This document shows positions 17,444-25,747 of a DNA stretch of 64,000 nt, piece by piece. The notes below the pieces were generated by a model, which was not told the DNA's origin, did not search any database, and saw nothing but the letters and a program-made list of their open reading frames with translations. Position numbers and translations under genes: made by a program. Position 1 is the stretch's first letter. Every line of letters begins with the position of its first letter. Source of the stretch: Clostridia bacterium (lineage in GTDB: Bacteria; Bacillota; Clostridia; Oscillospirales; Acutalibacteraceae); the NCBI GenBank assembly GCA_017549285.1, contig JAFYVE010000046.1:2294-66293 (forward strand), in the 5' to 3' direction.

Positions 17444-20047
17444 ATGGCAGGATTCACACCTATGATGCAACAATATTTCAAAGTCAAGGAGAAATACCCT
17501 GACTCTATTCTGTTCTACCGTCTGGGCGACTTTTACGAGATGTTTTTTGATGATGCAAAAACTGCATCACGTGAACTCGAGCTTGTTCTTACAGGCAGGG
17601 ACTGCGGTCAGGAAGAAAGAGCACCTATGTGCGGTATTCCTTTCCACGCAGCCGAAAACTATATTGCAAGACTTGTTGCAAAAGGCTACAAGGTTGCAAT
17701 TGCCGAGCAGATGGAAGACCCGTCTCAGGCAAAAGGCATCGTTACAAGAGATGTTATAAGAGTACATACTCCCGGTACTGTAATTGAGAGTAATATGCTC
17801 GATGAGGGCAAAAATAACTATCTCGGTTGCATTTTTGCCGAAAAGGGCAGATGCGGTGTATGTTTTGCCGATGTTTCAACAGGTGAAATCCATGCGTCCG
17901 AGTTTTCGGACAAGAATTATGATGAAAAAGTAATCAATGAAATTGCACGTTTTTCTCCCACGGAAATTCTTTATAACAGTTATGTCAGCTCATCTCAGAA
18001 GATGACAGAATTCCTCACAAGAAAAATTTCTGTTTTTGCAAATCTTATTGATGACAGTCATACGGATTTTGCAAAATGTGCACTGACAGTCAGAAAACAG
18101 TTCGGCAAAGAATTGGAGGAACTCGGTCTTTCCGAGAAGCCTGCAGCAGTTATTGCTCTGGGCTCCGTTATAAATTATCTTACCGATGTTCAGAAACACG
18201 ACCTTGCAAATGTAACAGAGGTCAACGTTTTCAATAACGAAAAGTATATGAATCTTGATGCTGCGGCAAGACTTAATCTTGAACTGTGCGAAACACAGCG
18301 CAGACGTGAAAAGAAAGGCTCACTTCTCTGGGTTCTTGACAAAACAAAGACACCTATGGGAAAAAGACTTATCCGTGCGTGGATTGAACAGCCTCTTGTT
18401 AATGTTGCATCAATAATTGCAAGACAGAATGCAGTAAGCGAACTCTATGAAGAAACAGATTTCAGAGAAGAAGCAGTTATCAATCTTGCTCCCATAAGTG
18501 ATATTGAAAGAATTCTTACAAGAGTGGTTTACGGCACAGCAAACGCAAAGGAGCTCAAAGCCCTTTCACGTACACTTGAAAAAATTCCCCCTCTCAAAGA
18601 ACTGCTTGTCGGCAGACATTCAAAGCTCATCGGTGAAATCCGTGAAGATATGGACGAGCTTTCGGATATCCGTCAGCTTATTGATGATGCAATCTGCGAT
18701 GATCCTCCTTTTACGGTCCGAGAAGGCAATATGATAAAAAGAGGCTTCAATGAGGAGCTTGATTCGCTCCACGAAATTGTATCGGGCGGAAAAAGTTTTC
18801 TTTCCGATATCGAAGAGAGAGAGCAGGAAAAAACAGGAATCAAAAAGCTTAAAATCGGCTATAACCGTGTATTCGGATACTATATAGAGGTGCTCAATTC
18901 CTATAAGGAACTTGTGCCCGAAACTTATATCAGAAAACAGACTCTTTCAAATTGTGAAAGATACATAACACCTGAACTCAAAGAACTTGAATCAAAAGTT
19001 CTCGGCGCTCAGGAGAGAATAGTCAATCTCGAATATGAGATTTTTGTCAAAATCAGAAAAAAGGTTGCAGATGCACAGTTCCGTCTTAAAAGAACGGCAG
19101 AATCGGTTGCAAAGCTTGATGTTCTGTGTTCATTTGCAAAGGTTGCCGTTGAAAACGGTTACGAAAGACCCGAAGTTGACTCATCGGATGTAATCGAAAT
19201 CAAAGACGGCAGACATCCCGTTGTTGAAAAGTTCCTTGACGGTGTACCGTTTGTGCCCAACGACACAATTCTTGACTGTCAGGAAAACAGAACGGCAATT
19301 ATTACCGGTCCCAATATGGCAGGTAAATCAACATATATGCGTCAGGTTGCAATAATTGTTCTTATGGCGCAGATAGGTTCGTTTGTTCCCGCAAGAAGTG
19401 CAAGAATAGGTGTTGTTGATTCAATTTTTACACGTGTAGGTGCTTCCGATGACCTTGCGGCAGGTCAGTCAACATTTATGCTTGAAATGAGTGAAGTCGC
19501 ATCAATCATCAGAAATGCAACACCGAAGAGCCTTATCATTCTCGATGAAATCGGCAGAGGCACTTCAACCTATGACGGTATGAGTATTGCAAGAGCCGTT
19601 CTTGAATATATGGCTGACAAGAAAAAGCTCGGCGCAAAAACACTTTTTGCAACTCACTATCATGAACTTACAGAGCTTGAAGAAAAAATGAGCGGAGTCA
19701 AGAATTATAACACTTCCGTTAAAAAGAGGGGAGAAGAAATCACTTTCCTCAGACGCATCGTAAGAGGCGGTGCAGACGGCAGTTACGGTATTGAGGTGGC
19801 TCATCTCGCAGGTGTGCCCAAGAGTGTTGTTTCAAGAGCAAGAGAAATCCTTGCTGAGCTTGAAGAAAACGGCACCGCACCTGTTATATCAACAAAACAG
19901 TCGGTTTCATATGATGAACCGCAGATGTCATTTGCATCTAATCTTAATGACGATGTTATAAATGAGCTTAAAATGCTTGATGTGAATACTCTCACACCTA
20001 TTGAAGCACTTACAAAGCTCTATGAAATAAAGAATAAGATTCAATAA
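17444..20047 (+). CDS. mutS: DNA mismatch repair protein MutS
   Basis: MAGFTPMMQQYF..FYRLGDFYEMFFDDA; Walker A GPNMAGKSTYMRQ; STFMLEM. ATG 17444 follows GGAAGGAAG; the track start at 17405 is an over-extension. Confidence 0.95.
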   Translation: MAGFTPMMQQYFKVKEKYPDSILFYRLGDFYEMFFDDAKTASRELELVLTGRDCGQEERAPMCGIPFHAAENYIARLVAKGYKVAIAEQMEDPSQAKGIVTRDVIRVHTPGTVIESNMLDEGKNNYLGCIFAEKGRCGVCFADVSTGEIHASEFSDKNYDEKVINEIARFSPTEILYNSYVSSSQKMTEFLTRKISVFANLIDDSHTDFAKCALTVRKQFGKELEELGLSEKPAAVIALGSVINYLTDVQKHDLANVTEVNVFNNEKYMNLDAAARLNLELCETQRRREKKGSLLWVLDKTKTPMGKRLIRAWIEQPLVNVASIIARQNAVSELYEETDFREEAVINLAPISDIERILTRVVYGTANAKELKALSRTLEKIPPLKELLVGRHSKLIGEIREDMDELSDIRQLIDDAICDDPPFTVREGNMIKRGFNEELDSLHEIVSGGKSFLSDIEEREQEKTGIKKLKIGYNRVFGYYIEVLNSYKELVPETYIRKQTLSNCERYITPELKELESKVLGAQERIVNLEYEIFVKIRKKVADAQFRLKRTAESVAKLDVLCSFAKVAVENGYERPEVDSSDVIEIKDGRHPVVEKFLDGVPFVPNDTILDCQENRTAIITGPNMAGKSTYMRQVAIIVLMAQIGSFVPARSARIGVVDSIFTRVGASDDLAAGQSTFMLEMSEVASIIRNATPKSLIILDEIGRGTSTYDGMSIARAVLEYMADKKKLGAKTLFATHYHELTELEEKMSGVKNYNTSVKKRGEEITFLRRIVRGGADGSYGIEVAHLAGVPKSVVSRAREILAELEENGTAPVISTKQSVSYDEPQMSFASNLNDDVINELKMLDVNTLTPIEALTKLYEIKNKIQ

Positions 20048-20092
20048 TTAATGCATTATGCATTGTGTATTACAAAAAAGGTGGTGTTTCCA

Positions 20093-22030
20093 TTGGCTAA
20101 AATCAATATTCTTCCCGAATCATTGGCTTGCCTTATTGCAGCAGGTGAAGTTGTTGAAAGACCTGCTTCGGTCGTCAAGGAGCTTATGGAAAACTCCATC
20201 GACGCAGGGGCTACAAAAATCACCGTTGAAATTAAAAACGGCGGTGTCAGATACATAAGAATCACCGATAACGGCTGCGGAATTGCCAGGGAAGATGTCC
20301 CGAAGGCATTCATAAGCCACGCAACAAGTAAAATAAAGACAGAAGTTGACCTTGATGCGATTTTTACGCTCGGTTTCCGTGGTGAAGCTCTTGCATCGGT
20401 TGCTGCTGTGGCTCATGTTGAAATGCTTACAAAAACGGCAGATTCCGATATCGGCACAAGATATCTCATTTCAGGCGGTAAAGAAGAAGAGTATGACGAT
20501 GCAGGTTGTCCCGACGGCACAACAATAATGATACGTGATCTTTTCTATAACACTCCTGCACGAATGAAATTCCTCAAAAAGGATATGACAGAGGGCAGTT
20601 ATGTTGCCGATGTTGTTTCAAAAATTGCTCTTTCACATCCCGATATATGCATAAGTCTTATAAAAGACAACCGCAGAACACTTTTTACTCCCGGTGACGG
20701 AAGACTCCTCAGCGCAATAAACGAAGTTTACGGCAAAGAGCTCGGCTCAACCCTTATTGAATGCGAAGGCAACGCAGGGGGAGTCAGCGTAAAAGGCTTC
20801 ATTTCAAAGCCTGTTCATGCAAGACCCAACAGAAATATGCAGCATTGTTTTGTAAACGGCAGATATGTAAAACTCCCCGTATGTGCATCTGCACTTGACA
20901 ATGCATACAGAAATCAGATTATGACGGGTAAATTCCCCGCATGTGTTCTGTTTCTTGAAGTCAATCCCGCACTTGTTGATGTAAACGTTCATCCCGCAAA
21001 AACTCAGGTGCGTTTTGCAAATGAAAAAAGTGTTTATGATGCAATTTATTTTTCTGCCGTATCAACTCTGCAGAAAAAAGATACACCCGTAAACATCACG
21101 GCATCTCCCAAAAATACAATCAATCTTTTCACACCGAAAACAGAAGTAAAACAGGTTGAAATGCCCGTTATTCCGAAAATGAGCGTTTCAGTTGAAACTG
21201 TCAGGGAAGAAAAAAAGGAACTGCCTCCTCTTGAAGATTTATATAAGAATGTTAAGAAGGATTATACACCTGCTCCCGATACATATAAAAAGCCCCTTGT
21301 GGTAAAAGAACCCGACCCGTCTTTCTACAGAGCTGAAAATGATGATGAAGACGATGTTCTCAATATGCGTCCCGTGGCTGAAACAGTAAAACAGCCCGAA
21401 ATCATTGAACCCGTAAAGGAAGAAAAGACGGAAGAACCTGTCCCTGAAGAAAAGGTTATTCCGGATTTCAGGGTAATAGGCGAAGCTTTCGGCACATATA
21501 TTCTTGTCCAGACAAAGAAAGAACTTCTTTTTGTTGATAAACACGCAGCGCACGAAAGAATGATTTTCAATTCTCTGAAAAAACAGGGCAGAAAAGTTTT
21601 TTCTCAGATTCTTATGTCACCCGTTACCGTGACATTACCCGTAAAAGATTATAACGCAGTTATTTCAAACCTTGATATATTTGAAAAGTCAGGCTATAGT
21701 ATTTCCGATTTCGGTGAAGGCACGGTACGTGTTACAGAATGTCCCACAGAGCTTTCGGACGGTGACGTTTCTCTGATTGTTGCCGAAATTGCCGATAAGC
21801 TCAGTAAAAATTCAGCAGATCCCGAGCCTGAAAAACTTGAATGGCTTTATCATTCAACAGCCTGCAGAGCCGCAATTAAAGCAGGCGACAACATTTCTCT
21901 CATTGAAATGGAAGACCTTGTGAAAAAGGTGCTTTCAGATGATGAAGTCAGATATTGTCCCCACGGCAGACCTGTGCTTTTCTCAATGAGCGAATACGAA
22001 ATCAAAAAGTTATTCGGGAGAAACGGCTGA
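20093..22030 (+). CDS. mutL: DNA mismatch repair protein MutL
   Basis: IAAGEVVERPASVVKELMENSIDAGAT, DNGCGI, GFRGEALASV and the C-terminal dimerisation region FVDKHAAHER. TTG 20093 lies 8 nt after AAAGGTGG. Confidence 0.93.
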   Translation: MAKINILPESLACLIAAGEVVERPASVVKELMENSIDAGATKITVEIKNGGVRYIRITDNGCGIAREDVPKAFISHATSKIKTEVDLDAIFTLGFRGEALASVAAVAHVEMLTKTADSDIGTRYLISGGKEEEYDDAGCPDGTTIMIRDLFYNTPARMKFLKKDMTEGSYVADVVSKIALSHPDICISLIKDNRRTLFTPGDGRLLSAINEVYGKELGSTLIECEGNAGGVSVKGFISKPVHARPNRNMQHCFVNGRYVKLPVCASALDNAYRNQIMTGKFPACVLFLEVNPALVDVNVHPAKTQVRFANEKSVYDAIYFSAVSTLQKKDTPVNITASPKNTINLFTPKTEVKQVEMPVIPKMSVSVETVREEKKELPPLEDLYKNVKKDYTPAPDTYKKPLVVKEPDPSFYRAENDDEDDVLNMRPVAETVKQPEIIEPVKEEKTEEPVPEEKVIPDFRVIGEAFGTYILVQTKKELLFVDKHAAHERMIFNSLKKQGRKVFSQILMSPVTVTLPVKDYNAVISNLDIFEKSGYSISDFGEGTVRVTECPTELSDGDVSLIVAEIADKLSKNSADPEPEKLEWLYHSTACRAAIKAGDNISLIEMEDLVKKVLSDDEVRYCPHGRPVLFSMSEYEIKKLFGRNG

Positions 22031-22962
22031 TGAAAAAGAAAGTTATAGCCGTTGTGGGCCCCACGGCATCAGGTAAAACTTCACTTGCAATTGAAATTGC
22101 AAAAGCTGTCGGCGGCGAGATTGTTTCCTGTGATTCAATGCAGATTTACAAGGGAATGACAATCGCAACTGCTCAGCCCACTGAAGAAGAAAAACAGGGG
22201 ATTCCTCATCATCTTATTGCATTTCTTGACCCGTCCGAAACATACAGCGTGGCTCAGTATGTTGAAGATGCGAAAAACTGCATTGATGATATCATTTCAA
22301 GAGAAAAAGTTCCCGTTATCGCAGGCGGAACAGGGCTTTATGTTGACTCTCTTCTCGGCGGAATCGATTTTGGTTTTGTGCCCGATAACAGCGAAATGAG
22401 AGAGAAGCTCAGAGTAAGGTTTGAAAATGAGGGTGCAGAAAAGCTTCTCGATGAACTTCGTGAAATCGACCCCGAAACAGCGGGGCAGCTTCACGTGAAC
22501 AATACGGGAAGAATTATAAGAGCTCTTGAAGTTTATTATCTTACGGGTGAAACAATTTCGGCTCAGAAGGTTAAATCCCGTGAAAAAGGCTCCAATTATG
22601 ATGTTTTATATATTTATATAAACTATAAAGACCGTCAGATACTCTATGACAGAATTGAAAAAAGAGTAGATATAATGGTTGAAACCGGACTTCTCGAAGA
22701 AGCAGAAAAGTTCATTTCTCTCGGTGAAGAAACAACAGCAAAACAGGCAATAGGCTATAAGGAGCTCAAACCTTATTTCAACAACGAGTGCTCACTTGAA
22801 GAAGCACTTGACAATCTCAAAAAAGAAACAAGACATTACGCAAAGCGTCAGATGACGTGGTTCAGACGCAACAAGGATTTGTCTGAAATCAATCCCGATA
22901 CAGATGCCTCATATTGTCTGACGGCAATAAATGCGGCAAAGAATTTCCTGAAGGGTGAATAA
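22030..22962 (+). CDS. miaA: tRNA dimethylallyltransferase
   Basis: VVGPTASGKTSLAIEIA, CDSMQIYKGMTIATAQP. The ATG overlaps the mutL stop (ATGA). Confidence 0.93.
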   Translation: MKKKVIAVVGPTASGKTSLAIEIAKAVGGEIVSCDSMQIYKGMTIATAQPTEEEKQGIPHHLIAFLDPSETYSVAQYVEDAKNCIDDIISREKVPVIAGGTGLYVDSLLGGIDFGFVPDNSEMREKLRVRFENEGAEKLLDELREIDPETAGQLHVNNTGRIIRALEVYYLTGETISAQKVKSREKGSNYDVLYIYINYKDRQILYDRIEKRVDIMVETGLLEEAEKFISLGEETTAKQAIGYKELKPYFNNECSLEEALDNLKKETRHYAKRQMTWFRRNKDLSEINPDTDASYCLTAINAAKNFLKGE

Positions 22963-24238
22963 AGTGGAAAATAAAAAGAAAGGGAATACTGCTCCGAAAA
23001 TGAAACAGCTTACGCTGCCCAACATCGTTGCAATAGCTGTTGTGGCATTTCTTGCTTTGCTTTTCATTATCGGTCAGCTGTATGTCAGAAATGCAGAAAA
23101 CACAATAACAACAGAAATTGCCCTTGCAGATTCTGCAGTCAAAGACGTTTCTGTTGATATGTTTGCCGTAAGAGATGAAAAAATAATTTCGTCAAACGGT
23201 ATAAATGTTGTTTCTGCAGTCAAAGACGGGTGCCGTGTAAGTTCAAGCGATACTGTTGCTTATTCTTTTGCAGACAGCACTTCTGCGGGCAACATTATCC
23301 GTATGGATGAAATCAATGAGCTGCTTGATTATTACGGCACACTTATGAATAAATCGGCAATCGTTGCAGGTAACACACAGGTTTATGATGACGAAATTTT
23401 TAACGACCTGAATTCATTTTCATCAATGATTTCAAAGGGCAATTTCTTATCCCTCAGTGATGAACAGAGTGCAATCCGTGATGCAATAACTTCAAAACAG
23501 ACTGCAACGGGTGTTGAAATTGATGTTACAGACAGCATTACTGCACTGCGAAACGAATATGCCCAGCTCAAGGCTTCAACGGGAAGATATACCGAAATAA
23601 AGTCGGGCGGAACAGGTTATTATATCTCGGGCACCGACGGTTATGAAGGTGTTCTTGATTATAAAGATGTTGATAAATGGACAATTGAGGATGTTGAGAA
23701 AGCTCTTGATGCAACACCTTCGGTTACCGTTTCAACTCAGGTAGGCAGACTTGTTCACGGTTATTACTGGTATCTTGTATGTATTGCCGATACAGCCGAT
23801 GTTATGAATCTTAAGGAAGGCAGTAAAAAGACGATTGTTTTTCCTGATTCATCGGTAGATGATATAACTGCTCAGGTTTACTCAATCCGTTCAGACCCGT
23901 CAGGCAAAACACTCCTTGTGTTCAGATGCAATCTTATGAATGAGGAACTTGCAGCTCTCAGATGTGACAATGCAAAGATAATTCTTGAAAATCACGAAGG
24001 TTACCGTGTTGATAACAGAGCCATCCGTGTAAATGAAGACAATGAAACGGGTGTTTATGTTGTTACGGGCAGTGTGATGAAATTCAAAAAGGTCAATATC
24101 GTATACTCAACTGATGATTACAGTATAGTTACAAATCCTTACCGTGATGACGTAACAATGCGAGGAAAATACATCAATCTTTATGATGAATATATTATTG
24201 AGGGTATGGACCTGAGTGACGGAAAGCTGATTGACTAA
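22955..24238 (+). CDS. Single-pass membrane protein, HlyD/membrane-fusion-like (tentative)
   Basis: One N-terminal TM segment (IVAIAVVAFLALLFIIGQLYV), a coiled segment, then a beta-rich C-terminus (GVYVVTGSVMKFKKVNIVYSTDDYSIV). Start is uncertain (GTG 22955 or ATG 23000). Confidence 0.4.
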   Translation: MNKVENKKKGNTAPKMKQLTLPNIVAIAVVAFLALLFIIGQLYVRNAENTITTEIALADSAVKDVSVDMFAVRDEKIISSNGINVVSAVKDGCRVSSSDTVAYSFADSTSAGNIIRMDEINELLDYYGTLMNKSAIVAGNTQVYDDEIFNDLNSFSSMISKGNFLSLSDEQSAIRDAITSKQTATGVEIDVTDSITALRNEYAQLKASTGRYTEIKSGGTGYYISGTDGYEGVLDYKDVDKWTIEDVEKALDATPSVTVSTQVGRLVHGYYWYLVCIADTADVMNLKEGSKKTIVFPDSSVDDITAQVYSIRSDPSGKTLLVFRCNLMNEELAALRCDNAKIILENHEGYRVDNRAIRVNEDNETGVYVVTGSVMKFKKVNIVYSTDDYSIVTNPYRDDVTMRGKYINLYDEYIIEGMDLSDGKLID

Positions 24239-24420
24239 ACAATAATTTGTAGGGCTTAAGCCCGACAAATTATTCAGTGATGAGTTAGGAATGAAGAGTG
24301 AGGAGTGAAGGAAGGGGCAAGCCCCTTAAACCCCGATTTTATAATCCAAGTCCGCAGGACTTCCGAAACTCCTAACTCCTAACTCCACACTCCTAACTAA
24401 CCCGACAAATTCTGATTTAT
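24238..24420 (+). repeat. Structured intergenic element, copy A (~183 bp)
   Basis: The 118-nt core 24282-24399 differs at only 2 positions from 33052-33169. The ends are aataatttgt...acaaatt inverted repeats. It fills the whole gap between two + strand genes. Confidence 0.85.
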
Positions 24421-24431
24421 GGAGTTGAATT

Positions 24432-25142
24432 ATGGAACATAAATTCATTGATATAGAAGAAAATCTGAAAGTTATAAAAAACAGAATTAATGAAGCGGCC
24501 GTAAGAAGCGGCAGAAGTGAAAACGATGTCCGTTTTATGGCTGTTACAAAAACAGTTGACCCTGTTTATATCAATCACGCAATTGATTGCGGTATTGACC
24601 TTATAGGTGAAAACAAGGTTCAGGAATTTCTCGGCAAAAAAGATGCCTTGAAACTTGAAAAGGTTGAAAAACACCTTATCGGTCACCTTCAGTCAAACAA
24701 GGTCAGAAAAATCATAACGGAAGTTGATATGATTCAGTCTGTAGACAGCGTATCTCTTGCAAAAGAAATTGAAAGACAGGCTGAAAAAAACAATATGACG
24801 GCAAATGTGCTCATTGAAGTGAATGTCGGCGGTGAGGACAGCAAGACCGGTATGGATAAGTCACTTTTTCTTGAATCATTCGCTGAAATTTCAGAAATGA
24901 AACATATTTCAATCAGAGGACTTATGACTATTCCTCCGATTTGCGAAAATAATGCCGAATTAACAAAATTTTTTAACGAAATGTATAATATGTTTATTGA
25001 CATTAAGGCTAAAAAATTAGATAATGTAAATATGGATATTCTGTCTATGGGAATGTCAGGCGATTTTGAGGAAGCTATACTCTGCGGCTCAAATCTTGTC
25101 AGAGTCGGCTCGGCAATTTTCGGGCCGAGAATCTATAAGTAA
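24432..25142 (+). CDS. yggS: YggS-family pyridoxal-phosphate homeostasis protein
   Basis: AVTKT (PLP lysine), IGENKVQE, HLIGHLQSNKV, MGMSGDFEEAI, VRVGSAIFG. Confidence 0.9.
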   Translation: MEHKFIDIEENLKVIKNRINEAAVRSGRSENDVRFMAVTKTVDPVYINHAIDCGIDLIGENKVQEFLGKKDALKLEKVEKHLIGHLQSNKVRKIITEVDMIQSVDSVSLAKEIERQAEKNNMTANVLIEVNVGGEDSKTGMDKSLFLESFAEISEMKHISIRGLMTIPPICENNAELTKFFNEMYNMFIDIKAKKLDNVNMDILSMGMSGDFEEAILCGSNLVRVGSAIFGPRIYK

Positions 25143-25181
25143 TTGATTGTAATATTTTATATTAAGAGAGGATTGTTAAAA

Positions 25182-25718
25182 ATGGGAATCTGGGAAAAAT
25201 TCAAAAACTATATGGACGTTCCGGAACCGGACTATGATGAAGACGATACAGCAGAAGAAGCTGTTGAAGAAGAGTTTGTTCAGCCCAAAAAGAGCAGACC
25301 TGTAAGTGAAAAGAAATCTTACAGCTATTCAGGTGCAAATGACTATAATCTTTCAGCATTCGATAAACCTGCACAGCCCCGTCAGGCATCATACAAGAGC
25401 GTAAGCCATTCAACAAAGGTTGTTGATATCCATACAACCGCAAAGCTTCAGGTTGTGCTTACAAAACCTGAAAAATTCTCTGATGCAAGAGAAATTGCAG
25501 ATAATCTCAATGAAAAGAGAACTATCGTTCTTAATCTTGAATCAACAAATAAGGATGAAGCATTAAGACTTCTTGATTTCCTCAGCGGTGTTGCTTATGC
25601 AAACGACGGTGAAATCAAAAAGATTGCAAAAAGCACATTCATCATCACTCCTTACAATGTTGATGTTATGGGCGATCTTCTTTATGAACTTGAAAACAAC
25701 GGCGTTTATTTCGTATAA
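25182..25718 (+). CDS. sepF: Cell division protein SepF
   Basis: MGIWEKFKNYM..; conserved C-terminal domain VVLTKPEKFSDAREIADNLNEKRTIVLNLE..LDFLSGVAYANDGEIKKI. ATG 25182 has RBS GAGGA. Confidence 0.88.
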   Translation: MGIWEKFKNYMDVPEPDYDEDDTAEEAVEEEFVQPKKSRPVSEKKSYSYSGANDYNLSAFDKPAQPRQASYKSVSHSTKVVDIHTTAKLQVVLTKPEKFSDAREIADNLNEKRTIVLNLESTNKDEALRLLDFLSGVAYANDGEIKKIAKSTFIITPYNVDVMGDLLYELENNGVYFV

Positions 25719-25747
25719 AGAGAAATTAAGAACGGAAGGTAATTGAT

